DNA of 63,657 nucleotides, the filler included, from Octopus bimaculoides (taxonomy: Eukaryota), in NCBI RefSeq assembly GCF_001194135.2. It is 4 parts of 3 records of this genome, joined end to end, with 100 filler letters (N's around TTAATTAATTAA, not from the genome) between each part and the next. Parts side by side here need not be neighbours in the genome. Positions count along the whole stretch, not along the records: positions 50,435 to 63,657 come from NC_068982.1; 3 more parts are not named here. The stretch is one strand, 5' to 3'. Of the stretch, positions 50,435 through 63,615 are shown in pieces. Made by a program: the position numbers and the translations under genes. Position 1 is the first letter of the stretch, and each line of letters starts with the position of its first letter. The notes beneath the pieces are model-generated. The model searched no databases. It was not told the origin of the DNA and saw nothing but the letters and a program-made list of their open reading frames with translations.

Positions 50435-51512
50435 TTACAACTTGGATTCTACGAGGTATGGACTTGTACAAAGTTTGGATTGTTTCCAATGAAATTTTTG
50501 TCCATTCTTCAGCTAAAACAATTTCCAGTTCTTATAGTGATAATGGTGGAGGATATCGATTCCTTACTTGTTTTTCTAAAATGCACCATGAATGTTCAAT
50601 AATATTGAGATCTGGGGACTGTGGTGGCCACATAAGATGTTAAACTTCACTGGAATGTTCCTTGTGCCATTCAGTAACAACTTTAGCTGTGTGAATTGGT
50701 GCATTATCATCCTGAAAGATTGCGCTTCCCTCCGGAAACAGTTTCGCAACCATAGGATGAATATGATCCGATAAAATGCTTAAATAGTCTTGACTATTAA
50801 TTCTGCTATGAAGGGAAACCATTGGGTCGGCGGATTTCCAAAATATAGCCATTCCCCAGATCATCACAGATCCTCGTCCATGTTTAACAGTTGGAAGAAT
50901 ACTTCTTTTGGCTGTCTCCACACGTATACTCGGTCGGTGGTCGGAAATACGGTAAAGGATGACTCGTCCGAGAAAATAACATTCTTCAACTGCTCTAAGG
51001 ACCAATTCTATATTTGCAACGTTTCTTTTTGAAAGTAGTGGTTTTCTGATTGCAGCCCTCCCGTGAAATCCAGCTTTGTGCAGCACCCGGCGAACAGTTT
51101 TTATGGAAATTGGGTTCCCGAGGTTATCATTAAGCTTTGCAGTAATTTTGGGAGCTGTACTTTTGTGATCGTTTCTAACAATTCACGTAAGAGTCCGACG
51201 CTCCCTATTTGAAAGTTTTGGTTTTCTTCCGGAGTTTTGTTTTGACGGGGAGGTTTTTTTCCCTCTTTGTTATAGGCTGTCATGACTTTCGAGACAGGAC
51301 TTCTTGATACACCAAACATTTCGGCTGTTTTCGTTACGCTAGCGCCTGCCATACGAGCACCAACAATTTTATCTCTTTGAAAGTCCGATAGATCTGTCAT
51401 TTTAATGAATTTTAATGAATTTCTATATATATATAAAGATAGATATGCAGGGCAGGGAATCGTCAATTAGTAATAAAATTAATAATTAACAATTTTGCCG
51501 GGTAGCTCAGTA
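50435..51512 (-). mobile_element. Tc1-family transposon, frameshifted transposase, 3' end lost in a gap
   Basis: MTDLSDFQRDKIVGARMAGASVTKTAEMFGVSR (paired-type HTH); LHKAGFHGRAAIRKPLL; PTVKHGRGSVMIWG; IFQDDNAPIHTAKVVTEW; WPPQSPDLNIIE. Confidence 0.95.
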
Positions 51513-53423
51513 TGAAAAAACCTTTTCGGTAAAAAACATTTATAATCATAAATATATAGGGATTGACAGTAACCTGCTTCTCCAACATACTGAGAATTCA
51601 GAAATAGCAGTCAAAAGAACTACTGATTTCAAAACTACAAATTATTACTCCAGATTGATAGCGATATTTTTGATACACACAGAACAAAAAACAGTAGAGA
51701 AGAGTTAAAAAACCACCTGCCTTTAGTTAATTTAGTATGATCGTTTCACAGTTAAGAGTAAAGAATACTCTATTCTGATCTTCAGCTAAATATTCTAATA
51801 AATTTGTTAATGTCTAAATAACTCACGTTAATTTTGACCATGTGAACATCAATACCACGTGAGGAAGACGTTAAGAAATTTATCGGCCAGTAAGTTCAAA
51901 ATCCCTCGCCCTAATGAATTCAATTCAGTGTGCATCATAAATAAAGATAGATTGACAGATAGATAGATAATCTATATATGCGTGGGCGTGTGCGTATGTG
52001 TGTGTGTATGTGTGTGTGCGTATTCTCCACCCTATTTCTTTGACATTTATAAACGTGGATAAAGTTATAGTGTTGAAACGCTAAAATATTTCCATAGATA
52101 TTTCTTTAGTTGTTTTAGTTAAAAGCAATTTCTCATATTACTCAGTTTATATTTTCTGTTGAAATTTATGTTATATGAGAAAGCGCTTCAGATCCCAATC
52201 AGAATGAATTGGGAATGGAAGGTAAAACTAGTATATCGATCCGAAAGATAAAGATAGCAATCTGTATTAAATTAGGAAAACCATCACGATAATGCCAAAA
52301 TCGAACTATTAATATCATCCTATGTGTTTTTATTTTAACTGTTTCCATCGGCATAATATCCGATCAGTTTCAGACAGTATATTTTTAGCATATACGTTTT
52401 CCCTAGAATATGGTTGAACACAAATCTGTTATGGAAATTTATTGAGTATCATCGGTTGTTCACAATTTTATTTCCATTTCAACAACGCTCTTTCTATCTC
52501 TCGCTTCATTTCATTGTAATGTAAATATGTTTTGTCTTTCAATTCTGGTTGGTTCACTAGCAATAAATTTAATTCGATTTAATTTAATCATAGTGTTTGC
52601 ATCTTTTATTTGCTCCCAATGGTGTATCGGAGAATATACTGAAAGAATAGTATTGAAATTAGGAGTACAAAAGATGGGATTTTATTGGCATTAATCTATA
52701 AGGATCTAGCAAATAATTCACTTCAGAAATATTGAATCTTAGTGGTTTATTACAATTAATTCTATAATATCATACAATTATATTCTATGGAATGCGGTTG
52801 ATATATTTTTCCTATCCGATTGTTTTTCAATAAGTATCTATTTCTTCTGGATAATGATTTGGCAAAGGAAAATCAAATGTTGTGAGATGTTGTGGCTTTC
52901 ATCTGTGATATTAGTATCTAAAGAGAAATGCTATTGTATCAATTACAAACTTAAGCGTCGCTGTGGTTTCCGTTCCTTTATTATTCACTGCTTTGACTTG
53001 GTAAATATGTTTGAACTATGTTCTGGTTTTAACTATATTTTACTCAATGGAGATTTGCTGTGCAAATCATGTTCTCGAAGTAATTAGCAGTGTGAATAAC
53101 TGTTGTTGCTGAACTTCAGGTTAGATTTGATCAAAGCAGACTAATGATAAGAGACGGTTCAGCTCTGAACATTTTTTATTCTTTTTTTTTTTTTTTAGGA
53201 ACTTCATTATTTGTATTTTACTCTTCCTTTTCCTGAGACAATATTCTTTAATTCAAGAGAAATTTAGTTGTAATTTCTACCATGCCAAACGCGAGTCGAG
53301 ACACTTGTTGGCCAGCTGGACTGATCACGTAGCACTTGAATCAATCAAGGCTAGAGAGATAGCAGCGGTGATTGTTACTTGTCGAAAACTCACTCAGTGG
53401 CTCATAGTAATATTATAACAAAG

Positions 53424-53640
53424 AAAGGCGGTGAGCTGGCAGAAACGTTAGCACTCCGGGCAAAATGTTTAGTGGTATTTCGTCTGTTTACTTACATTCT
53501 GAATTCAAATTCCGCCGAGGTCGACTTTGCCTTTCATCCTTTCGAGGTCGATAAATTAAGTACCAGTTACGTACTGGGGTCGATCTACTCGACTGGCTCC
53601 TCCCACCAAAATTTCGGGCCTTGTGCATAGAGTAAAAAAG
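53424..53640 (+). mobile_element. tRNA-derived SINE with perfect 15-bp TSD
   Basis: AATATTATAACAAAG at 53409-53423 and 53641-53655. Confidence 0.92.
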
Positions 53641-54496
53641 AATATTATAACAAAGGTAAGAATATACTTTTATTTCCTTTGCACTTGATTAGGAGCAAAG
53701 TTTGTTATTTTTGCGGAGAGCATTTAAAAGGACGTGTGTTGTTATGCTGTCCCTAAGGGTATTAGCGTTGTAAGCGGATGAAATATATTCAAACTTGTGT
53801 TGCAGCAAAGTTGTGGGCATCTTTTTGCAGGCATATCTTTTGATCTATATCGGTCATCGTTGGTTAATATTTGATAATCGTTTCTTAAGTAATACAAAGA
53901 ATGAATATCGAATGGTAATTTTTACGTTTAAAAGTCTCTGAATAATAGATACATTATTTCAAAGTTCTGCCATAGACTAGAAAATCTAAGATTCCATCTT
54001 GTGAACTTCAAACACAAATAATTTTTCCTTTGATACTACAGTCACTGTCGAGATATATCATTGATTATATCAAGATATTTTCATGAGTTGAATACAGTTG
54101 GCCTTTTTCAAAACACACAAACAATGTCACCAACTTCTAAACAATCTCGGAAAGTAAAAATAAATGTACAGACTAGCTACTGATATCATGTGATCATGTC
54201 CATTCTTTGAAGTACAGAGACTGTAAAATGTAGAATTCTAATATATACTATGTCAAGTAGTAACATCAATAACTGAAGGCAATTAGTGATAGTGTTACTC
54301 GAATAGTGAGACAATATCCAAATATGAAGAAAGTATCACAAACCCAAATATTGCAGAAAATTTCGCAAAATATCGGCTAATCATAAACAAAATTTCTACA
54401 TTAAGAAAAATATTCGATTTTCCCAAATGCTATCAGTGTAATTTGAAACTAATTTTGTCTAAATGTAATTACTTAATCTAATGTGACTAAAATGTA

Positions 54497-54691
54497 AGGC
54501 GGTGAGCTGGCAGAATGCTTAGCGGCATTTCTTCTGTCTCTACGTTCTGAGTTCAAATTCCGCCGAGGTTGACTTTGCCTTCCATCCTTTCGAGATCGAT
54601 AAAATGAGTACCAGTTGAGCACTGCAGTCGATGTAATCGATTTAACCCCTCTGAAAATATTGGCCTTGTACCAAAATTTGAAATGAATATT
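54497..54691 (+). mobile_element. tRNA-derived SINE with 11-bp TSD
   Basis: ACTAAAATGTA at 54486-54496 and 54692-54702. Confidence 0.9.
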
Positions 54692-54908
54692 ACTAAAATG
54701 TACTAATAGTAAGAAAAGTTACTATTTGTACAAAAATAAAATGTATTATTAATCTTTTCCCATCTATCAAATTATCTGAAAATAATGATGGTAACATTTA
54801 TACAAATTTTCAGTGATATACAGTACTTAGTGTCCTTGCTTTAAAGCACTTACAAATATATCATGTTTATTTCGGATAAAAATGTCAACCAATATTTAAG
54901 ATCAGATT

Positions 54909-55130
54909 AAGGCACCGAGCTGCCAGAATCGTTAGCATGCTGGGCAAAATATATAGCAGTATTTCGTCCGTCTTTACATTTTCAGTTCAAATTCCGCCGA
55001 GCTCGACTTTGCCATTCATCCTTTCGAATTCTATAAAATTAAAATAAGTACTAATTGGGTATTGGGTATGATGTAATCGACTTACTTTCTCACCGAACTT
55101 GCTGGCGTGGAGTCAAAATTCGAAACCAAT
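54909..55130 (+). mobile_element. tRNA-derived SINE
   Basis: gagctgccagaatcgttagc...cagttcaaattccgccgagctcgactttgccattcatcc. Confidence 0.88.
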
Positions 55131-55571
55131 ATTTAATATCACATGCTGCATAAGAAAAGTTGTATCACTCAGTCATCCGTTTTTATACAAAGAGTAAACC
55201 TTTTATTCCTTACTAGGATCTTCAAACATTACCATAAAGCTCCTAATTTGGGTAAGATTTAATGAAATCTCAAACGGCCTGAGATGAGTTGGTGTTATTA
55301 ATGATATAATTTTCAGGACAATTAATCCCATCTTTAAAGATAAAACAATTTTTTCTTCTCCGATCTCCATTAAATATGTTACTCCAGATTTGGTTCAGTG
55401 CACTAGATCACTGACATATTTACACGTGTCAGTGAATTAATGAATAAGCTCATTATTGCTCTTAGTTTTAAAATAGTTCCTACTTTTAATGTAGCTTATT
55501 GAAACCGTTTTATCTAAGAATTAATTAATTACAATCTGAGAACAAGCCGATTGAAACAAAGTGTAGCTATG

Positions 55572-55787
55572 AATATTGGTTTCAAATTTTGGCATAAAGC
55601 CAGTAATTTCGAGGGAGAGATTAAGTCGATTACATCGACCTCAGTACTCGACTGGTACATATGTTATCGATTCCGAAAGGATGAAAAACAAAGTCGACCT
55701 CAGCGGATTTTGAACTCAAAACGTAAAGATGAACGAAATGCTACTAAGCATGGTGCCCGGCGTGTTAATGACTCTGCCAGCTCACTT
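55572..55787 (-). mobile_element. tRNA-derived SINE, opposite orientation
   Basis: aaggatgaaaaacaaagtcgacctcagcggattttgaactca...ctgccagctcac. Confidence 0.88.
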
Positions 55788-58700
55788 TGGTATAGCTGTA
55801 AATATCAATAAAGAAAAAAAACGGTATTAACTTTATTAGTAGAGATTAGGTTAGTACAGGAAAATTATACTCTGGAGGGAAAAAATTTAGTGATTATTTG
55901 TAAATCAGGGCCTCGCTGGAAACTCATGCATTACCTTCTAATATTAAGTACTTGTAACTATTTATAGCAATATAAGGTGCTACCTTTGAACTAAGACTGA
56001 ACGTAAAGCTGGTGACAGGATACGAATTATCGACCAGGGTGCCAACCACTTTATAGTTACGCTCAATGTATCTTGTTTATGTCGTAACCGAAAGAAAATA
56101 TATAGTGAATCAATTGTCGTACAGAAACATAATTCCTTTTGAACTTAAAAGTATTACTGATATAGAAGTAAATACAATATAAAGAATTTTTTTCGTGAAG
56201 CCTGTTCCCCATTCCCCGCTTTTTAAAGAACATTTTATATATGTTGATGTTATTATTACCCAAATACAGACTACTTTTTCTTACCCTTTCCAAAGCTTTT
56301 GCAACATCATATATCTACAGTGAATCATTATAGTGTTTAGTGATAACAAATTGCTTTACACACATCTTGACCAACGGGAATACTTATTAATTACCAGCAA
56401 AGAAAAAAAAAATAAAACAAATTTCTCTTCGAAAAGCTTAACATCGAATTTCAGCCTTACTAATGTATAAATATTGATATAAGTGGCTGAGAAAAAAATT
56501 GAAACAGATTGAAATGCATGAAAATCAAATGAATGAGTTATATCCTTGATTACAAAACTTACCAACCATTCTTGGTCATATGGAGATGTTCAGAAAATAA
56601 AATGATATTAGATATTAGTCAATGAATTATATTGACTTTTCCGCATGATTATTTCTAATTAGTCTATCAATGCTGTCTCCATTAAAAATGATAACATGAA
56701 CTTAACACTTCTTTATTATAGATTTCTTTTGTCTCCGAAGTTGAAGTCATAAAAATACAATAAATTCTGAACAGAGAAATAGTAAACTTTCTCATAAATA
56801 TCAATCGTTGCTGTGTTTGTTTTTATGTAATTACAGTAAAATCTCTTGATCAATTGCCGTTCTTACAATGTAGAAACTTATAGTTTCTTGAAACCAGTTT
56901 CTTTGAGCCAAATATGAAACATTTCCTGATGTACTTCGTCAGTACAACGCTAATCTTAATTAAAACATGCTTTTATATTTTCTTCTTGCTATTTTATCTC
57001 ATTTAACTCATTCAGTACAACTAACCCGGGTTGCTTATTGATTTTTGAAGAATATATTTGTATCAATAAGAAAAAAGTTGCTTCATATTCAAGCTTTATA
57101 GCTATATCGTTTAAAAAGTTTACACTTACCCTCTTATTAAAATAGATTTTAATTGAAGCGGGCAACCTTCCCAGTCTTACTTGCCAATTAAATATAATAG
57201 AACCATTCACTGAAACATTTAATAATTATTTAATCCGATTATTTTCTTTGTGTTGTTGCTTTGATGTTGTTTCTTTCGACTGTTTTGTTGCTAAGATTTT
57301 GCCAAATCTTATTGACTGTCTCTTTAAAACACATGATCTTTTGGCTTTAGAACCTCCTATTTTACTTTATTTTATTTTTTTACATATAATGTTGGTCAAG
57401 ATCAGATTATAAACTGGTGCATATGCGAACAATAATGTGCATAGCTGCATGCGAATACAAACAAAAGCACACCCATATCTGCATTTATATAAATTTTATG
57501 ACCGTGCATTACTATTTTGTTTGTTTCAATAAAGACACTTCAACAAAATAAGAAAAATCTTGTAGTAAGTACAGCGTTTTAGAATTAAGTATTTTATGAA
57601 TGGAGCAGAGAGGTAGGTGTATCAGTCATGATTTTGGTTACCTCCTCGAGCAGCTGATATTTACGCGGTTGATATTCATTTTGGATTATGTCATTTTAAC
57701 ATCTATAAACATGGGCTATAACAAACCGGTTGCACAAAGCATGTAATATTGTGTTTGGGGGTAAGATACATTAGAAGTAATGAGAGTAGAAAGAGCTGGC
57801 CTGTATATCGAATAGTTCAAGACATACATGACATATAACGTTCGTGTTCAGAACAAAGGGTATTTAGAAAGCAGAATAATTATTATCACAGTTGCAGCAA
57901 GATCAATTTCTTTATGGGTATGGTCCATCAGCACCACTCCAAGCATGTGATCAGTATCTTACTAATATCTGTGCTTTGTGAAAAGTCAGAAACTGATGAG
58001 AGGCTGAAATGTTTTCCTGTTTTGAAGAAGGATCTGAAACTTCAGTGTGATAATTTGGCAAAATTATTCTATACGTGAAATCGCGACCAACAATCATCAA
58101 TTTGTGAGATCTAACGGTTTTAGTTGTACATTTTACTGGTATAAAACAGGAATAATGCAAGACATTTTTATCGGTATGTGTAATGATCAGCTCTTTATTT
58201 TGATGAAGGAAAATAGGCTGCCATGTTTCTCTTGCATGATGTTTTTGAGACGTCTTTTCATCATTGTAGTGCAGCCTGATGTGATATGTCCAGGCATAGA
58301 TGATGCCTGCATACGGAATGAGAAGTCGTGTTATCTGTTTAAGAGAGTGTTAGTTCAATATTGTAATAAAATATGACTCTGACGAGATAAACAAAACTTG
58401 TGGAAGGTTCATAGAATGTATGCTAGTGCATGCTGCAACGGAGCAGTCTGGCATGAAAGATCTCTCCCTAGAGATGAGAGAGCCAGAGGTATAGGTGGGA
58501 AAATTAGGTATTAGGTTTTCATGCCAGGGTCTGTCAATAAATTTGTTGATATCAAAGGCAGCAATACAGTGTTCAGCGAAGGCGAGGAACCACTTCGAAC
58601 TAATTACTAATGAAACACATCAAGGGTCACTAAGATAGAGCAGCGATTTAAGATGTGGTTGTTTACAAGTACTTAATTACATTATAATACATAACTGCAG

Positions 58701-59294
58701 ACAGAAAATAGAACCTGTTAAGGATGGAAGCTAACTAATAACATACCTGTTTAGGGAATTTAAAAGATACTCTTTCTGCTACGATTGTTTTTTTTTTTTT
58801 ATATATTTTTGAGTTGGAGCAATTGAGGAAGTTTTCAACTTACCTAAAATATTTGCATAACTTAGAAACCCCCCAAAAGTATGAATGGAGACGAGCACTC
58901 GTTCATCGTAGCCTCTTTTATTAGCTTCAGCCTCACGTTGATCATACTTTTCAGAAAGATATGAACATCACTACGTCTCGTTTCGATTCTCTCAAATATT
59001 TGAAAGGAGTCACTAAATAACCCCACAAAACTTTTGTAATAAAGACATGCCTTGTAGATGTGGCTGCACAAAATGGAACAGTTTACTCCCCTGTTCATTA
59101 GAAGCATAGCCGTGCAAATAAGTTGACTCATTTTAATAAGTAAAAGGGTTAAAGTGTTCATTATGTAACAGTCGGTGACATGATTGAAACGGAACAATAA
59201 AGAACTAAATATCTTTTGACAGGGTTTTTTCAAAATTTTTCCCATCCACCATTTCGATTTCAGAAAGAAGCGCCGCCTCATGAACAGACAGATT

Positions 59295-59329
<35 letters not shown>

Positions 59330-60781
59330 NNNNNNNNNNNNNNNNNNNNNNNNNNNNNNNNNNNNNNNNNNNNNNNNNNNNNNNNNNNNNNNNNNNNNNN
59401 NNNNNNNNNNNNNNNNNNNNNNNNNNNNNNNNNNNNNNNNNNNNNNNNNNNNNNNNNNNNNNNNNNNNNNNNNNNNNNNNNNNNNNNNNNNNNNNNNNNN
59501 NNNNNNNNNNNNNNNNNNNNNNNNNNNNNNNNNNNNNNNNNNNNNNNNNNNNNNNNNNNNNNNNNNNNNNNNNNNNNNNNNNNNNNNNNNNNNNNNNNNN
59601 NNNNNNNNNNNNNNNNNNNNNNNNNNNNNNNNNNNNNNNNNNNNNNNNNNNNNNNNNNNNNNNNNNNNNNNNNNNNNNNNNNNNNNNNNNNNNNNNNNNN
59701 NNNNNNNNNNNNNNNNNNNNNNNNNNNNNNNNNNNNNNNNNNNNNNNNNNNNNNNNNNNNNNNNNNNNNNNNNNNNNNNNNNNNNNNNNNNNNNNNNNNN
59801 NNNNNNNNNNNNNNNNNNNNNNNNNNNNNNNNNNNNNNNNNNNNNNNNNNNNNNNNNNNNNNNNNNNNNNNNNNNNNNNNNNNNNNNNNNNNNNNNNNNN
59901 NNNNNNNNNNNNNNNNNNNNNNNNNNNNNNNNNNNNNNNNNNNNNNNNNNNNNNNNNNNNNNNNNNNNNNNNNNNNNNNNNNNNNNNNNNNNNNNNNNNN
60001 NNNNNNNNNNNNNNNNNNNNNNNNNNNNNNNNNNNNNNNNNNNNNNNNNNNNNNNNNNNNNNNNNNNNNNNNNNNNNNNNNNNATATATATATATATATA
60101 TACATACATACACGACGGGCTCCTTTCAGTTTCCGTCTACCAAAGAAACAAGTAAAAAAAAAAGCAGACAGGCAACATAAAGCACAATCCCTTCATCAGT
60201 TGTCCACTGCTTTATCTACTCCGCATTTTTTAAGGCAACAGTTTTCGATTCGAGGTAGATTTAGCTGCTACTTTTTGCTGTGTAGAATTCACTCCTTGGC
60301 CAATATTGCTAATGGTTGCGTTCGGTTATAAACGTATCCTAACAGATAGGAATACAACAATTTTCAAGATACAAAGAATTACATTTTAACTTCAGTGACG
60401 TCACAGTCTTTGGTATTATATTTTCTTTACGGCATGTATTCAAGCAAATAAATGTATATAAGTATACACACACCCATCTTATACATTCATAAAAATATAT
60501 GCAATGTTAAACACACATGATTTTATTATTAGACATAAATCTAACAGTTGTGCTGCCAGGAGAAATGTAAGCTTTTCCTTAGGGTATTACAGTAGTTAGT
60601 GAATTCATTTCAACAGGAAATCAAAATGTTGTCGGGAATTCTATACAAACTGTACAAACATGTATGTAGATATGAACAGTTGTATACATACCTGCTTATA
60701 TATATATATGTTTACATATATGTATATATACGTGCATTCATTCACACGAGCGCATGCGCACACACATACATACACACACGT

Positions 60782-60825
<44 letters not shown>

Positions 60826-61781
60826 ACAATGTAATGTAACATATTTGCAAATATTGAGTTGTAAAATAATATTACTTCGGCGTTATNNNNNNNNNNNNNN
60901 NNNNNNNNNNNNNNNNNNNNNNNNNNNNNNNNNNNNNNNNNNNNNNNNNNNNNNNNNNNNNNNNNNNNNNNNNNNNNNNNNNNNNNNNNNNNNNNNNNNN
61001 NNNNNNNNNNNNNNNNNNNNNNNNNNNNNNNNNNNNNNNNNNNNNNNNNNNNNNNNNNNNTATATATATATATATATATATATTATAATATATACGGACA
61101 ATTACACAGGCGTGGTTGTGCATGCGTGTATATCTCTTCTGAATTTTCGCCACTATAGTTCTTTGCTTTGTAGTACTCAGATGTTTGAAATTTCAGCTAC
61201 ATTTTTTACTCCGTGAGGCACATTTGAACTATATGGTAGGTTATTCTAAATAATATTTCGTTCTTGTTTGCCCGTTTATGAATATTTATGTTTTTGTGTG
61301 TGTAATATGTTCTACGAACTCTAAATTGATTGCTTTTCAGTGTGACTTTGCAACAAAGAGCATTGTTGTTAAAAAAAGCCCTGTTAAACAATAAAGTATA
61401 TATGCATATATTCAGGATATTAACTAATAATATCGGGTGATAGTCGCAATGCATGATAATATATAAAACAGAAGCAGTTGCAATTTCTCGTTACGTTACA
61501 CACACATACATATATGTACATAGATATAGATATGATGATAGTCGGTCACATCGATTCCAACATAAGAGTGTTTGAAAGAGTGGATTTAAATAGAATAAGA
61601 AAAGTGGGGAAAGAGAAAACAGCCTTTAAGAAGAAAACAAAAGAAGCTGTATCTTTTTGTGACGGAAGCGTGAATGTAATTTGAGTCCAGCTATCGATAT
61701 TCCTATGGAGTCACAATGGGGACACTGATGATTTTGATTTTTCCTGGGATTAGGCAAATGTGTCTGTTTATTGCAGGCACC

Positions 61782-61829
61782 GTCTCTGATGAAAGGATAT
61801 ACAAAATATCCCGGAAACAGCTGTATGAC
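61782..61829 (+). ncRNA. Minimal type-I hammerhead ribozyme motif (PLE type)
   Basis: GTCT-CTGATGA-AA-GGATAT-ACAAA-ATATCC-CG-GAAA-CAGCTG-TA-TGAC: canonical CUGAUGA and GAAA, 6-bp helix II, palindromic ACAGCUGU helix III, GUA triplet; helix I has a U-U mismatch next to the core. Confidence 0.65.
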
Positions 61830-61889
61830 CTCTTCATAAATGTTATGAAAACTATTCGCAACCTTGGATTTTTTAAATCACATTCTGTT

Positions 61890-61902
61890 AATTATATATA
61901 TG

Positions 61903-61957
<55 letters not shown>

Positions 61958-62085
61958 ATTTATATATATATATATATGTGTGTGTATCGATATATATATG
62001 TATGTATGTATATATACATATATGTATATATGTATATATATGTATCTCTCTCTCCTTTCTCTCCCTCCCTCTCAGTCTCTCTTTA

Positions 62086-62128
<43 letters not shown>

Positions 62129-62263
62129 ATATCTATCTATCTANNNNNNNNNNNNNNNNNNNNNNNNNNNNNNNNNNNNNNNNNNNNNNNNNNNNNNNNN
62201 NNNNNNNNNNNNNNNNNNNNNNNNNNNNNNNNNNNNNNNNNNNNNNNNNNNNNNNNNNNNNNN

Positions 62264-62290
<27 letters not shown>
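61890..62290. repeat. Compound (TA)/(TG)/(TC)/(TATC) microsatellite spanning a gap
   Basis: Directly visible. Further tracts at 101-228, 1445-1481, 15023-15072, 17241-17380, 23251-23311, 34201-34273, 43744-43795, 43895-43933, 44500-45140, 60700-60830 and 63585-63657. Confidence 0.95.
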
Positions 62291-62296
<6 letters not shown>

Positions 62297-62749
62297 TAAA
62301 AGGGGTGTATTTCCACGCTGGAAAATAATATCGGAAAATTTGTTGCTGAAAATGTACCTAAGTTTGAAATAAATTATTTGAAATAAATTTATTTACATAT
62401 ATACCAAACTAGTTTCAACAATATTTTTTGTTTATCATTGGTAAATATTTTAAATTATGAATTAGAAGAACATCTTTCAAAGCTTCAATATTGACAAGTT
62501 AAAATGTCCATCACAAACAAATTTAGAATTATGAATTAGGAAAACATGTTCAGAAATTTCGATGTTGACAAGTTAAATGTTCATAGTAGTCAATAATATT
62601 AAACATGCGCACCCATTTGTTTGAAGGTACAAAGCTCATTAGGGTTAGTAGTAATCGACAAGAAATGAATATCATCAAAGTTTCAGTCATACTGAGTTAA
62701 GAAGTGAGGGGAACAAGGGAGAAATGAAGATAGTAAAAAAAAAAAGGGA

Positions 62750-63490
62750 TTTGGTTTACAGTTTCTCTGATCCTCTTTCCGTCGTTTATAGGAACTTTCG
62801 CTTGTTGTTGATGCGTTATTTTTCCGGTGGTCAAGTTTGTCGTTCTGCCTGGTTGGCTTCCCTGTGGGGAACGGTCATCAGTCCTTCCGGTTGGTTGATC
62901 CTCTTAAAGGATCATTTTGTCGTATTTCCTGAAGTTCGGTTTTGATTGATGTAGAGTTTGGTGACGTCAGCAACTGGTGTTTGTAAAATTTCATTGGTCT
63001 AGAGATAGTTGACGTCAGCAACTGGTGTTTGTATGCGGTTTCGAAATCCGGGTGGAAGTCTGTTACTAAAGTTTTAAAAATTGTTTGTTGTTCCTGGTTG
63101 TTTTGTTTTTTTTTTGTGGAGAAATTGAGTCGTTTTCCCTTTTTCTCTTTAGTTTTGTTTCTTCTTTCTAAAAGATATTCAGCTGTGGTTTATATTTTTT
63201 AATGAGTATGCATTCCGTATTTAAACGGAATTAACTGAAGTGTTTCCGGTGCATTGATAGAGAGGGAAGATTTGGTATTTTGGATTTATGTTTACGGGGC
63301 ATTGGTCTAGGTGTTTGCTTACGAGAATTTTCCTAGTCGCGGGGTCCAGTATTTGTTGCCTGTGCACCGTTAGTCTGTCCCTCAAGAGACAACCGCAATC
63401 CCTAAAGAAAGTTACTCTTCCACCGGGTTTCCAAATCACCATGCAAACACCAGTTGCCGACATCACTTATCTCTAGACCAATGAAAACAT
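62750..63490 (-). mobile_element. PLE 3' end (GIY-YIG C-terminus about 63170-63400 plus pLTR) with an inverted pLTR segment at its 5' side
   Basis: LRDRLTVHRQQILDPATRKILVSKHLDQC...KYQIFPLYQC, then after a frameshift ECILIKKYKPQLN; 63410-63486 is an inverted copy of 62989-63067. Confidence 0.85.
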
Positions 63491-63582
63491 TATTGAAATT
63501 AGTTTGGTATATATGTAAAAAAATTATTTTAAACAGTTACAAATTTTTCAAATTTGGGTGCATTTCAACAACAAATTTGGCA

Positions 63583-63615
<33 letters not shown>

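Noticed and set aside
58862-59281. 139-aa minus-strand ORF
   Set aside because: No motif or plausible exon structure; consistent with a chance ORF.
60170-60205. Minus-strand CTGATGAAGGGA
   Set aside because: Core heptamer only; nothing else of a hammerhead follows.
62840-62892. Minus-strand CTGATGA-CCGTTCCC-CACA-GGGAAGCC in the PLE pLTR
   Set aside because: No GAAA, helix III or helix I partner; at most a dead hammerhead.
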